This document shows positions 51,820 through 63,642 of a DNA stretch of 64,000 nt, piece after piece. Source of the DNA: an uncultured delta proteobacterium. Its GTDB lineage: Bacteria > Myxococcota_A > Polyangia > Polyangiales > B10-G4. Made by a program: the position numbers and the translations under genes. Numbering within the stretch: position 1 is the stretch's first letter; each line of letters starts with the position of its first letter. Under the pieces are notes generated by a model, which was not told the origin of the DNA, made no database searches, and saw nothing but the letters and a program-made list of their open reading frames with translations. Location of the stretch: positions 1 through 64,000 of the forward strand of contig CAVSGI010000012.1 of assembly GCA_963727445.1 (NCBI GenBank), given 5' to 3'.

Positions 51820-53136
51820 GTGGGCACGAAAGCTGCCTCGGCCACGGCCGTGACCGACCCTCGCATCGTGGTCGCGGGCGCGACGACCGCGCTCGTGCGC
51901 CGGACGACGCTGCGCAAGGCGTTCCTCGCGCCCTGGGACCCGATGGTCGAACAGATCTGGCTCTACGCGCTCGCCGACGCGCAGCGCGAGACCGATGTCG
52001 ACGTCCACTTCTCGGGCCTGTTCGTCACACACCACCACACGGACGTGACGCCCACCACGAACAATCTGCCCGAGTTCACGCGGCGTTTTCACCGCGACCT
52101 GAGCTGCGGTCTTCACACGCTCCTCTGCGAGCACAAGTATGACGCGCCCCACGAGCTGCTCGACGACCGGTCGACCCATTGGACCCGCCTCGTCGACGCG
52201 CCCGCCCAGGCGAGCCGCCTGGTGTACGACGCGGTCAATGCCGTCGCTGCGGGCCTCGTCGCGCGCCCCGAGGACATGCCCCTGCGCTTCCTCGACTTCG
52301 GGCTTTGGAAGGGCGGATACATCGAGGTCGAGCGGCCACCACTGTACTTCGCCAAGAGCCGCCCGAGATCCCTGAGGCTCCGCCTGACGCCGACGCCGCT
52401 CCTTTACCGAGCCTTCGGCGGCGACGTCGACGCGCTCATCTTCCACATGCGGCGGCTCACCCGCGACGCCGTCAAGGCCCTCCGCGCCGCCCGCGCCGGG
52501 CCCGTGCTCGGCGCCAAAGGCGTGCGGCGCCTTCACCCCTGGGATGAGCCGCGCACCCTGCGCGAGTCGGGACCGACCCCGCACCGCACGTTCCGCATCG
52601 GCGCCAGCGACATCCTCGGCCGACGGCGCCGCATCGCCGCCGCCGTCGAGGTGCGTGACTTTCGACGCGGTCACCACGCCACCCGCGTCGCCCGCCGCGA
52701 TGGAGACCTCGAGGCGCGTTATCCCTTCGGCACCTACGCCGCACACGTCCACCGCGGCGAGCCTGTCGACGACGTCGACGAGGCCGCCCTCATCGCCGCC
52801 CCCGGCCCGCTCCTGAGCGACGTCGAGGCCGAGCTCGCCGACGCGCGTGTTTCGGCGGACAACGTGCGCGATGAGACGCGCCACCTCGCTCGCGCTGTCC
52901 GTGAGACCTTCGAGGACGAGGCTGGCGCCATCGCCGAAGACGCGCACCTCGACCTCGCCACCACCGTCCGCGTCCCCTTGGACCGGGCGGTGGGCGACGA
53001 CGTGACCGACCCGCGCGCGCCGGCCGTCGTCCGACGCCGCTTCGACAAGAAGCACCGCGAGGCGGCACGCCGGATCATCACCCTGCGCGACCGACGTCGT
53101 GGCAGGCCGCGGGGCTCCGACCCACCTGGCGACTGA
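51820..53136 (+). CDS. REP-associated tyrosine transposase (RAYT/TnpA-REP)-like Y1 HUH protein
   Basis: RRTT…FL, THHH (HUH), LPEF…F, Y…NAVAAGLV…P, C-terminal YPFGTY; flanked by REP-like repeats. Confidence 0.75.
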   Translation: MGTKAASATAVTDPRIVVAGATTALVRRTTLRKAFLAPWDPMVEQIWLYALADAQRETDVDVHFSGLFVTHHHTDVTPTTNNLPEFTRRFHRDLSCGLHTLLCEHKYDAPHELLDDRSTHWTRLVDAPAQASRLVYDAVNAVAAGLVARPEDMPLRFLDFGLWKGGYIEVERPPLYFAKSRPRSLRLRLTPTPLLYRAFGGDVDALIFHMRRLTRDAVKALRAARAGPVLGAKGVRRLHPWDEPRTLRESGPTPHRTFRIGASDILGRRRRIAAAVEVRDFRRGHHATRVARRDGDLEARYPFGTYAAHVHRGEPVDDVDEAALIAAPGPLLSDVEAELADARVSADNVRDETRHLARAVRETFEDEAGAIAEDAHLDLATTVRVPLDRAVGDDVTDPRAPAVVRRRFDKKHREAARRIITLRDRRRGRPRGSDPPGD

Positions 53137-53438
53137 CAGCGCGCCGCGCGAGGGCGCTCGTCGTTCGGAAGTCACGCCGGGCGGCGCACGCGTGCGTTCC
53201 GGGGGCGCTGCTTGCGCGAAATTCGGGCGACCAGGCCTGAACGGCGCCGCGTTCGCGGTGTCAACCGATGACGCAAACGCGTGGCGCGCCAGATGGGAGG
53301 TTTAGACTCGGGACGTCACGAGGGTCGTCGGGCGCGTACGTCGGGCCGTTCCACGGCACGAGGGTCGTCGGGCGCGTACGTCGGGCCGTTCCAGCTAGGC
53401 TTCGAACCTCATGCGCTGGAGATGCGCTGATAGTCGCC

Positions 53439-53987
53439 GGGGACGGTCCGAACTTCCGTGGGGGGGAACGGGGACGGTCCGAACTTCCGTAACGCGCGCG
53501 TCGGGCGGGGACGGGGGAACGGGGACGGTCCGAACTTCCGTAACGCGCGCGTCGGGCGGGCGCGTTTGACTCCATTCCACAGATTCACGAATCCCGAATG
53601 CCGGTTCGGATCAGCCGCAACCGATGCGCTGCCGGCTCGACGAGGGGCTGTGCTAGGGACGGGGGAACGGGGACGGTCCGAACTTCCGTAACGCGCGCGT
53701 CGGGCGGGCGCGTTTGACTCCATTCCACAGATTCACGAATCCCGAATGCCGGTTCGGATCAGCCGCAACCGATGCGCTGCCGGCTCGACGAGGGGCTGTG
53801 CTATGCGCGCCCGCATCTCGGCGGATCGGTGACGTGGATGGCGTGCGAAGGAGAGCTCCACACGAGGACTCGGTCGTGGCGGGGCCACTCTCAGAGGATC
53901 TGGCTCGGAGCGCCGCGTGACGGAAGTTCGAACCGTCCCCGATCGCCTGGCTCGGGGCGCCGCGTGACGGAAGTTCGGACCGTCCCC
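53439..53987. repeat. REP-like cluster GGGGACGGTCCGAACTTCCG (4 direct, 2 inverted) including a 148-bp tandem duplication
   Basis: Direct copies at 53439, 53470, 53521 and 53669; inverted copies ending 53940 and 53987. Confidence 0.9.
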
Positions 53988-54126
53988 GATCGCCCGATCC
54001 TCGCGGATCTCCTCACTCACGGCCGTGCTCCCACAGTCAACCTGGTTCGGATCTCCTCACGGATCTCCTCACGGATCTCCTGATCTCCTCATTCAACCTG
54101 GAGCCGTGAGGCCGGTTGGTCGTGCC

Positions 54127-54441
54127 TCATCTCGTTTCGTCGCGTCCGCCAGAAGACACGAGAGTCCAGCTCCGATCCGAGTATCGGTAAACGCCTTGCC
54201 ACTCGCACCCAGAAACACCGACGACGACGGGCTGCCTTCGATGAACTTGCAGAAGCGTGTACTCCAAGACGTAAAAGTTGCACTCGCTTTCATACGCCGC
54301 TTGCCTGCCGACATCTTCGCGCGCGTGGTTCCATCCTCGCGCGCTGACCGACAGGCCGTTCACCCGCACCGTGCGGTCGGTACCCCCGCATCCGATCACA
54401 CCGATTCCCATCGTGAGTACGAGGACCAGCGCCAATCGCAT
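54127..54441 (-). CDS. Small lipoprotein
   Basis: MRLALVLVLTMGIGVIGC; GVSGC…VY. Confidence 0.7.
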   Translation of the reverse strand: MRLALVLVLTMGIGVIGCGGTDRTVRVNGLSVSARGWNHAREDVGRQAAYESECNFYVLEYTLLQVHRRQPVVVGVSGCEWQGVYRYSDRSWTLVSSGGRDETR

Positions 54442-54691
54442 GGGAGATGCCCCGCACTCTTCATACCCCAGGTTGTAATTAGGGACCGGCATCTCGGATC
54501 GACGACTGAAACTCAACGTACTCGCAAAGCGTGGAAGAAGTCGACTTGCGGTTGAAAGTCCGAGGAGATCGTGACCGGGTCGGCGCGGAGCGACTGCCTC
54601 CAAGGCCAGCACGGGTAAGAAACCGCGACAAAACCGCAGGTGGCGGACCGCCGGCGGGTGGCGGACGGTTCGCCGTCTTTTCGGCGCAAGT

Positions 54692-54817
54692 GTTGATAGC
54701 CGCCATGAACGGCCTTCCGCCACTCCCGCCATCGGGCGCGCGCGACAAAACACTCCTACTTCTCGGAAACTCGGACGTCCGGTGAAGGGGTTGGCTTTCG
54801 TGGAGCCTGGAAACCGG
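54692..54817 (-). repeat. 123-bp repeat family, variant C (copy 12)
   Basis: Conserved left half; tail GGCCGTTCATGGCGGCTATCAAC. Confidence 0.9.
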
Positions 54818-55132
54818 AGTTTCAGGAACTGACGGTTCCTGCGCCCTTTCGCGCCCGGCGCCTACCCGGCGACGGACAGGACGCGTAGGGTGGAGGGTGA
54901 CCTCGGAGGTTCTGTCCGCCATTCGGACACAACCCGAGCGCGAGTGGCGAACGCCAGGAGTTCTGTCCGTCTTGGGGACAGGACTCGTGACGTCGAGGTC
55001 GACGTCGGCACTTCCGTTCGTCGACTCAGGTCACGTCGACGAATGCGTCTGCGCGGCCGGGAGATCGAATCGTCGCCCCGAGTGGTCAGTCGAGTGGACC
55101 CGCGCGCGTCCACGAAACAACGGAGGCATTTC

Positions 55133-55549
55133 ATGCAGACGATCGAAGAGCACGATTGCGAAGAAGAGAAGCTGAGGCGGAACGTGAACGGAGCAGTCAA
55201 CCGGCTGATCCTCGAGACCGTTCAGCTGGAGGACGATGTGCGGCGCGCGGTGCGGGAGACGCTCGAACGCTCCCTGGCCGTGGGCTGGCTCGACCACCAT
55301 TCCGCGGCGGAGGTGGAGCGTACCTATGCGATCCGCGTGTCCGAGAAGGGTGCAGAGGGGTTGTCGGAGGTCGAAGGGAGGCGCATCGCCGCGGTTCGCG
55401 TTTCGGAGCTCTTGATGGACTCGCTGCGGGAGGCGGCAGGTGCGCTCGCTCACGTCGACGGCTACGAGCTCCCGGACTCGCTGGTCCTGACCCTTCTCGT
55501 CCGACACCTTCTGGCCGTTCGGCGGTTGGAAGTCGAGCTCGAACGCTGA
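55133..55549 (+). CDS. Hypothetical helical protein
   Basis: GGAGG upstream of MQTIEEH. Confidence 0.5.
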   Translation: MQTIEEHDCEEEKLRRNVNGAVNRLILETVQLEDDVRRAVRETLERSLAVGWLDHHSAAEVERTYAIRVSEKGAEGLSEVEGRRIAAVRVSELLMDSLREAAGALAHVDGYELPDSLVLTLLVRHLLAVRRLEVELER

Positions 55550-55550
55550 G

Positions 55551-56069
55551 TCACTCCGCGCGCAGCATCGCGACCATGTCCGTGACGCCCGGATCGCAGC
55601 CCGCTTGGCTGAGGAGCGTCGTGATCTGGCCGCGATGGTGCGTCTGGTGGTTGAAGACGTGGGCGACGGACCACCAGAGGGGTGACTCCTGTTTCTGGCC
55701 GCGGCGCACGAAGACGAGGGGGCCGGCGAGGCGCTCTGCCGTGAGCTCGGACACCCACGCGGAGAGTGCGTCGTCGGTGCGCGCTCTCTCCTGGCGGAGC
55801 TCTTCGAAATCCGCGTAGAGCTCCTGATCGAGGGAGCGGATGCCGTCGGGGCCCATGTCACCCTCGGGGATCGTCACCCCGGTGAATCGCGCGAGCCAGA
55901 TCCGGTCGGCGAGGAGGATGTGGTTGAAGGTGGCGTGAATCGACCCGAAGAACGCGCCGGCGTCGCGCTTGCGCGCTTCGTCGCTCAGCGTCGCCGCCAC
56001 CCCGTAGAGCTTGTCGTTCATCCAGCGGTTGTAGCGAGCGAGGGCGCTCACCCATTCGGGACTCGTCAT
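55551..56069 (-). CDS. DinB/YfiT-family putative metalloenzyme
   Basis: YNRWMN, FFGSIHATFNHILLAD, HVFNHQTHHRGQ. Confidence 0.9.
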   Translation of the reverse strand: MTSPEWVSALARYNRWMNDKLYGVAATLSDEARKRDAGAFFGSIHATFNHILLADRIWLARFTGVTIPEGDMGPDGIRSLDQELYADFEELRQERARTDDALSAWVSELTAERLAGPLVFVRRGQKQESPLWWSVAHVFNHQTHHRGQITTLLSQAGCDPGVTDMVAMLRAE

Positions 56070-56265
56070 GGGAGCGACGATAGCCCGATCAGCCGATGGC
56101 GAGGAAGTGATGGTGGACCGCGCAGCTGACGACCCGACCATGGGCCGGCGTGTTTTGGAAGAATCCGGGTCGACTGGCGGCATCGGAAACCAGCGTGAGG
56201 CGGCTCGAGTCCGCGCTTTCCCCGGGGAAAGTGATCGCGGGAAGACTCAGCGCTCGTTCGCCCGC

Positions 56266-56603
56266 TCAATACCCGGCGAGCCGATACAGCCGCGCGCAGA
56301 TCGAATCGAGTCGTGGATTGAATCGGGTGACGATCTCGTCGGGGATGTACCCGAGGGCCGCCGCCGTCTCGAGGGCGACCCTCACTTCCTGGGTCGAGCC
56401 CAGCGCGATGTCGAAGTGCTTGCGGCGATTGCCGCCCCGCATCGCATTCCCTTCGCCCTGATTCAACGCGCTGCTCGTCGCGGCCCGCTCCAGCTGGTCC
56501 GCCAGCTTCGCGTTCCGCTTCTTCAGCCGCGCAATGACCGGCCGAAGCTCACGAATGATTTGGATCGTATCCCGAAGGACCTGAGGTGCGTGGTGTTGCT
56601 CAT
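56266..56603 (-). pseudogene. Four-helix-bundle (23S-IVS/bAvd-like) protein, frameshifted just after the ATG
   Basis: LADQLERAATSSALNQGEG…FDIALGSTQEV…GY. Confidence 0.8.
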
Positions 56604-56644
56604 ACCCCCCATGAGCAACACCACGCACCTCAGGGTCCGATCAC

Positions 56645-56731
56645 GAATCCGAACTCCGACACCGAATCCGAACTCCGACACCGAATCCGACACCGAATCC
56701 GAATCCGAACTCCGAATCCGAACTCCGAATC
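56645..56731. repeat. Short tandem repeats (CCGAAT/CCGAACT/CCGACA)
   Basis: Direct reading of the sequence. Confidence 0.9.
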
Positions 56732-56999
56732 AGTGCGTCTCCCCCAAGGACGTTGGAAGGGGACGCAGTGCACTCTTGACCAGCGCGGGTCGCGCGATCT
56801 GGCGACGTCCTGCGTTCGATCGCGCTCGCTGGGTTGCGTCAAAAGTGAACGACGTCCCCGCCGGGTCGGAGAGGGGCGCGTCAGCTCCGCGTCACAGGAG
56901 ATCGTGATACATCCAAAGAAACGGCCGCCTCGGCAAGATGCCTCGGCGGCCACGGATCAGATGTGCCCTCGCGGGCGTCGAGCTCTCGCTAGTGAGCGT

Positions 57000-58295
57000 T
57001 CACTCCTCTTCAGTCGCGACTTCGGTGAAGTCGGGGAGCGACTTCGTACCGAAGCTGGCCGCGAGCCCGCCGAGCATCCCGGGGATGTCCACCCCGAGAC
57101 CCTTCTCGAGCTCCTTGGAGGTGACAGCCGCGCGCGCAGCGAGGCTGCCTTTTTCTCCCGCCGAGAGGCTGCCGTCGATGACGGTCACCTCGTCGATGGG
57201 CGCGTTCGCCGCAGTGTCGAGCATCTGCCCGATGAGAGTGCCGAGCTTCTGGCTCACGAAGATGCGACGCGCATCCTCACCGGCCATCTGCCAGCTGTTG
57301 TTGACCATCCGGAGCGAGCGCGCGGTGGCGCGACCGTCCTCGACGATCTTGGACGCCTCGCCGCGCGCCTCCGCGACCATCCTGTCGCGGACCGCCTCGG
57401 CGCCGCGGATCCGGTCGGCCTCGAGCTGAAGCCGGACCTGCTCCATGCGCGCCTTCTGCACTTCGAGCTCGGCCTCTGCCCTGGCGACGAGCGCCGTGAC
57501 GTCGGCCTTCTGCTCCGCGACGAGCGCGGACTTCTTGGTGCGTGCGTCGAGGACGCGCCTCTGAGCGTCGGCGTGGGCGACGGCCATCTCCGCATCGATG
57601 CGAGCGATGGTGCGGGTCTCGTAGTTCTCCGCATCACGCTCCGCCGAAAGCGCCTGGTTCTCCGCCTCGGCGATGCGCGAGCGCATCTGGAGGTCGGCGG
57701 TCTGCTTGCGGCCGATGCTGTCGAGGTAGCCCTTGTCGTCGGAGACGTGCTGAATCTTCAGCGTGTCGAGGACGAGGCCGAGCTTCTTGAGGTCCGTGTC
57801 CGCCTCGTGGAGGAGGGACTGCGCGAACTTCACGCGGTCCTGGTTGACCTCCTCCGGCGTGAGCGTCGCGAGGACGCCGCGGAGATTGCCCTCGAGGGTC
57901 TCCTTGGCGACGCGCTCCACCTCGTGGCGGGGCTTGCCGAGGAAACGCTCGATGGCGTTGGCGATGGTGGGCTCGGTCGACGCGATCTTGACGTTGGCGA
58001 CGGCGTTCACGTTGAGCGGGATGCCGCCCTTCGAGTACGCGCCGGTGACGCGGACGTCGATGATCATGTTGGTGAGGTCGAGGCGGTCGACACTCTCGAA
58101 GAGAGGGATCTGAACGCCGCGTCCGCCCTGCACCAGCCGATAGCCGACCGTCTTGTTGTTGGCCTTGCGGGTGCTACCCGAGAAGACCAGTACCTCGTTG
58201 GGCTGACAGATGTGGATCAGCTTCTGGATGATCACCACGCCGACCACAGCCGCGAGGCCGAGGACAGCCAGGCTGAGAATGACGGTGAAGAACAT
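57000..58295 (-). CDS. Flotillin / SPFH (band 7) protein
   Basis: TM helix, PNEVLVFSG, KETLEGNLRGVLATLTPEE, Ala/Glu coiled coil. Confidence 0.92.
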   Translation of the reverse strand: MFFTVILSLAVLGLAAVVGVVIIQKLIHICQPNEVLVFSGSTRKANNKTVGYRLVQGGRGVQIPLFESVDRLDLTNMIIDVRVTGAYSKGGIPLNVNAVANVKIASTEPTIANAIERFLGKPRHEVERVAKETLEGNLRGVLATLTPEEVNQDRVKFAQSLLHEADTDLKKLGLVLDTLKIQHVSDDKGYLDSIGRKQTADLQMRSRIAEAENQALSAERDAENYETRTIARIDAEMAVAHADAQRRVLDARTKKSALVAEQKADVTALVARAEAELEVQKARMEQVRLQLEADRIRGAEAVRDRMVAEARGEASKIVEDGRATARSLRMVNNSWQMAGEDARRIFVSQKLGTLIGQMLDTAANAPIDEVTVIDGSLSAGEKGSLAARAAVTSKELEKGLGVDIPGMLGGLAASFGTKSLPDFTEVATEEE

Positions 58296-58350
58296 GGTCG
58301 TTACTTTCTTTCGCTAGTTGTTGTCGTGATGGGTTCGGTGGTGTGCGCGC

Positions 58351-59691
58351 TCACGCGGCTTCGACTTCGTCCTCACCCGAGGGCGCCGGGGGGAGGGTGT
58401 CCCGCTCGGTCTTCCGCATCGGCCTGACGGGCGCGTCACCCTTGAGGACGCCGCGCACGTCGACCCCGAAGGTGTCGTTGATGCGGTCGAGGAGCGCAGA
58501 GACGGTGGCCGGGTAGGCGTCGACATATCCGCTGATGGTGGAGCCGTCACCGGAGTCGAGGAGCGCGACCTTCCGGGCGTGCACCGCCGACGCGGCCTCG
58601 GTCACCCGCGTGAAGATGTCGTCGATCTGCTGTACGAGGACCATCTCCATCGCTTCGTCACCACACTCGCGCCACGCCTTCTGAACGTGGCTGAGGGCGG
58701 CGGCGACGGCCTCACCCTTGGCCGCGATGGTGGCGGACTCGCCTTCGGCGACGAGCTCGGCCACGCGGCGCTCGATGTCGGCAGGGATGGTGACGTCAGC
58801 GGCGAGACGAAGCTGCTCGAGCTCGGCGCGGATGGTCTGCAGCTGCTTCTCCGCTTCGGCGCGGGCGGCGTAGGCAGCCTGCTCGGCACGCTCCTCTTCG
58901 CTCCTCGCCTTGGCGTCGAGCTCGGCCTTCATCTGGCGGAGCTCGTTCTGCTTCTGCTGAACGTTTGCGTGAGCGCGGGTCTTGGCGACCTCGCCGCGGG
59001 CGGTGGCCTCGGCCTCCGACTCCTCGGCGGTACGAATCGCGTCGGACTCCGCGACCTCGGCGGTACGAATGATCTCGGCGATCCGCGTACGGCCGATGCT
59101 CTCGAGGTAGTTGCGGTCGTCGGCGACCTGCTGAATCTTCAGCGTGTCCAGCTGCAGGCCCAGCTTGGCGAGGTCGGGCCCCGCTTCGGTGGTGAGCTGG
59201 TCGGCGAACTTCAGCCGGTCCTCGTTGACCTCTTCCGGGGTCATGGTGGCGAGGACGCCGCGCAGGTGACCCTCGAGGGTCTCCTTGGCGACGCGAGCGA
59301 TCTCGTCCCGGCTCTTGCCGAGAAAGCGCTCGATGGCGTTGTTCATCACGATGGGGTTGCTCGAGACCTTCACGTTCGCGATCGCGCTCATGGCGAGCGG
59401 GATGCCGCCCTCCGAGTAGGCGCCGCTGATGGTCATGGGGACGCTGATGAGCGTCATGTCCATGCTGTCCACCTTCTCGACGATGGGCCAACGAAAGGCC
59501 CGACCGGCGGTGACGACCCGAAAGCCGATGTCCTTGCCCCCCGGGCTCTTGTTGGCGCGACCCGAGAAGATCAGGACCTCGTTCGGCTCGCAGATGTGCA
59601 GCAGCTGCCTGACGACGGCGATGACGCCGAATACGAGCGCCAGGACGCCGCCCGCAACCGCGAGCACTACGATCCAATCGATGCCGTTCAT
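58351..59691 (-). CDS. Flotillin / SPFH protein, paralogue
   Basis: Same motifs as the adjacent gene. Confidence 0.92.
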   Translation of the reverse strand: MNGIDWIVVLAVAGGVLALVFGVIAVVRQLLHICEPNEVLIFSGRANKSPGGKDIGFRVVTAGRAFRWPIVEKVDSMDMTLISVPMTISGAYSEGGIPLAMSAIANVKVSSNPIVMNNAIERFLGKSRDEIARVAKETLEGHLRGVLATMTPEEVNEDRLKFADQLTTEAGPDLAKLGLQLDTLKIQQVADDRNYLESIGRTRIAEIIRTAEVAESDAIRTAEESEAEATARGEVAKTRAHANVQQKQNELRQMKAELDAKARSEEERAEQAAYAARAEAEKQLQTIRAELEQLRLAADVTIPADIERRVAELVAEGESATIAAKGEAVAAALSHVQKAWRECGDEAMEMVLVQQIDDIFTRVTEAASAVHARKVALLDSGDGSTISGYVDAYPATVSALLDRINDTFGVDVRGVLKGDAPVRPMRKTERDTLPPAPSGEDEVEAA

Positions 59692-59737
59692 GTTCTTCTT
59701 CCTCTCTTTCTTTCTCTAATTCAGGAGTCTGTTGCGC

Positions 59738-60394
59738 TCAGAGATCGGTGGAGCGCGACACCAGCGCGACGCCGTCGTCGCGCACGTCGTAGACGAGGAC
59801 CTCGTCGTCGATGGAGAGCTCGCCCTCGTCCTCCGTCACCGCGACGAAGTCGACGATGCGACCCTTGAGCTCGACGCGGACCTGCCCCGCGCCCTGGCCC
59901 GAGATGGGAAGTAGGACACGTCCTGAGCTGCCGATGCAGTCGGTGCTCTCGACGGTGCTCGAGACCTTCTCCTTCTTGAGCCGCCGAACGACGGCGGTGA
60001 TGCCGAAGCCCGCGAGGTAGCCCACGAGGGCGGAGGCGATGGCGACTGGGATGGGTCCGATGTGCCCGATCAGCGTCAAGAGCGTTCCGAGCAGCCCGCC
60101 GAAGGCGAGGGAGAACGTCCAGAAGCGGAGCGAGGCGATGGGGAGCAGCTCGGCGATGCCGAAGCCGCCAAAGCCGGTGTCGTGATCGCCGTCGGCGTCA
60201 CCGTCCGCGTCTGCGTCCGCATCCGCGTCGGCATCGACATCCGCGTCGACGTCCGCGTCGACGTCGATGTCCGCGTCAGCCTCGAAATCGAAGTCGGCGT
60301 CGTGGTCGTGGTCGCCTCCCGAGAAGGCCGACAGGCCCACCAGGACACCACCGATCAGGAGACAGATGAGGTAGAGGGCCAGCATGGTGAGCAT
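59738..60394 (-). CDS. NfeD-like membrane protein
   Basis: TM helices, Asp/Ala tract, C-terminal OB-fold-like GQVRV; precedes the flotillins. Confidence 0.85.
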   Translation of the reverse strand: MLTMLALYLICLLIGGVLVGLSAFSGGDHDHDADFDFEADADIDVDADVDADVDADADADADADGDADGDHDTGFGGFGIAELLPIASLRFWTFSLAFGGLLGTLLTLIGHIGPIPVAIASALVGYLAGFGITAVVRRLKKEKVSSTVESTDCIGSSGRVLLPISGQGAGQVRVELKGRIVDFVAVTEDEGELSIDDEVLVYDVRDDGVALVSRSTDL

Positions 60395-60529
60395 TCCTCA
60401 TTGCGAGCCCCATGCCGGTGGTCGAGACGCCAAAATGTATGGAATTGTCAGTGCTTTGAAGGAGGCCGGCGGCCTGGGTGGAGAATGGTGCCCGGGCACG
60501 ACGCACGGCTCGTGTATTGTTCTCGGGCC

Positions 60530-61833
<1,304 letters not shown>

Positions 61834-61837
<4 letters not shown>

Positions 61838-61894
61838 CACTACTTGGTTGGGGTCCGTGCGGGGGTCGGGCGGACCCCAACCAAGTAGTGCTAG
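61834..61894. repeat. Perfect 24-bp inverted repeat bounded by CTAG (MITE-like or terminator)
   Basis: CTAGCACTACTTGGTTGGGGTCCG-13 nt-CGGACCCCAACCAAGTAGTGCTAG. Confidence 0.8.
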
Positions 61895-61903
61895 ATTCCC
61901 GCC

Positions 61904-62872
61904 ATGCCGGGGCTCGTCTCAGGGGATCACGATCAGCGCGGCTTTCGGCGCATCGTCCTCAGCTTGATCTGGCTGGTGGTCGTCCCCACCGGGGTGCTGC
62001 TGACGCTCGCGATTCTGATGCTCGTCTTCTACGAGGCGAATCTGAATCTGCTCTTCGGCATCCTCATGGTCACCCTGGGCGGTTGCCTGGTCACGGGGAC
62101 GGTGCTGACGCTGGTCTTCCTCCGCAAGGAGGCCAACCTCTCCCGCCTTCAGACCGACTTCGTCTCCAAGGTGAGCCACGAGCTCCGCACGCCGCTCACC
62201 TCGATCCGCATGTTCGCCGAGATGCTCGAGAAGGAGGAGGACCCCGAGCGCATCTCGGTGTGCCTCGACGTGCTGCAGCGCGAGACGGTGCGGCTCTCGG
62301 ATCGCATCGAACGGCTGCTCGACTGGGGCCGGATGGAGTCCGGTCGGCGCGTCTACGAGCACAAGCCGGATACGATTCGCGGCATCGTGGAGGAGGCGGT
62401 TCAGGCGCACGTGACGGCGACGCTCGGTCGCGGCGCCGAGGTGGAGGTGGACGTGCCGGAGGGGCTGCCCCAGGTGATGGCGGACCGAGGCGCCATGGTC
62501 GACGCGATCAGCAATCTGCTCAGCAACGCCTGGAAATACACCGGCGAAGACAAGCGGATTCGTGTCAGCGCACGCGAGGATGGCAAGTGGGTGCGCATCG
62601 CGGTGAAGGACAACGGTCACGGCATCCCCAAGCACGAGCAGCGCCAGGTCTTCGACAAGTTCTACCGCTCGGACGACCGGCTGGCGCGCGCGGTGGAGGG
62701 CTCGGGGCTGGGGCTGGCCATCGTGCGGCACGTGGTCCGTGGGCACGGCGGAAAGATCGAGGTGGAGAGCGAAGTGGGTGTGGGCAGCACCTTCACCATC
62801 CTGTTGCCGAAGGCGCGTCCTGCCGACCTCGCCGCCTTCAGCGAGACGGCCGAGCCGGCGGTGGCCCAGTGA
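61904..62872 (+). CDS. Sensor histidine kinase
   Basis: Two TM helices, SHELRTPLT, NLLSNAWKY, DNGHGI, GSGLGL. Confidence 0.95.
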   Translation: MPGLVSGDHDQRGFRRIVLSLIWLVVVPTGVLLTLAILMLVFYEANLNLLFGILMVTLGGCLVTGTVLTLVFLRKEANLSRLQTDFVSKVSHELRTPLTSIRMFAEMLEKEEDPERISVCLDVLQRETVRLSDRIERLLDWGRMESGRRVYEHKPDTIRGIVEEAVQAHVTATLGRGAEVEVDVPEGLPQVMADRGAMVDAISNLLSNAWKYTGEDKRIRVSAREDGKWVRIAVKDNGHGIPKHEQRQVFDKFYRSDDRLARAVEGSGLGLAIVRHVVRGHGGKIEVESEVGVGSTFTILLPKARPADLAAFSETAEPAVAQ

Positions 62873-63558
62873 GAACCAGCGGGAAGATCCTGATCGTCGA
62901 GGACGACGCCTCCATCCTCTTGGGGCTGCGGATGAACCTCGAGGGCGCGGGTTACGAGGTGGCGACGGCGGAGGACGGTCAGGCGGGGCTCGAGCTGGCG
63001 CGGACCCACAACTTCGACCTGGTGCTTCTGGACGTGATGCTGCCGAAGATGAACGGCTACGAGCTGGTGTCGGCGCTCCGCGGGGAAGGCGACGAGACGC
63101 CGGTGGTGCTGCTCACGGCGAAGAACACCGAGGTCGACAAGATCATGGGGCTCGACCTGGGCGCCGACGACTACGTGACGAAGCCGTTCTCCCTCGGGGA
63201 GCTGCTAGCGCGCGTGCGCGCGAATATCCGCCGCGGTGGCGGTGTGCCAGCGGAGCGCACGGCGTTCAACTTCGGCGACGTCGCGGTGGACGAGGGCACG
63301 CGCGAGGTGCGCAAGGCCGGCGCCTTGGTGGAGCTCACGGCTACGGAGTTCGACGTCCTCGCGACGCTCAAGCGCGCCAAGGGCCGCATCCTCAGCCGCC
63401 GTCAGATCCTCGATGCGGTCTGGGGTGAGAACCACCACGGCACCGAGCGCACCGTCGACAACTTCGTGGCGCAGCTCCGCGCGAAGCTGGAGGACGACCC
63501 GTCCGACCCGAAGCACCTGTTGACCGTGCGCGGAGTGGGGTATCGCCTGGTGGAGTGA
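62869..63558 (+). CDS. OmpR-family response regulator
   Basis: LIVEDD, LLDVMLP, GADDYVTKPF, TVRGVGY. Confidence 0.95.
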   Translation: MRTSGKILIVEDDASILLGLRMNLEGAGYEVATAEDGQAGLELARTHNFDLVLLDVMLPKMNGYELVSALRGEGDETPVVLLTAKNTEVDKIMGLDLGADDYVTKPFSLGELLARVRANIRRGGGVPAERTAFNFGDVAVDEGTREVRKAGALVELTATEFDVLATLKRAKGRILSRRQILDAVWGENHHGTERTVDNFVAQLRAKLEDDPSDPKHLLTVRGVGYRLVE

Positions 63559-63642
63559 AGCGGCTCGGGGGCGTGGAGCCGGCGTGCAGACCACCCTCAG
63601 AAAGGCCCTTGGCCCGGTCCGCTGCCTGGTATCCTCCGCCTC

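Noticed and set aside
54048..54092. GGATCTCCTCAC tandem repeat, and the 39-bp duplication at 53317..53393
   Set aside because: Short local slippage duplications with no further support.
56266..56628. Diversity-generating retroelement (Avd-like gene)
   Set aside because: No reverse transcriptase or TR/VR pair was seen in the window.
56586..59868. Long plus-strand ORFs (613 and 429 aa)
   Set aside because: Antisense shadows of the flotillin genes in GC-rich DNA.
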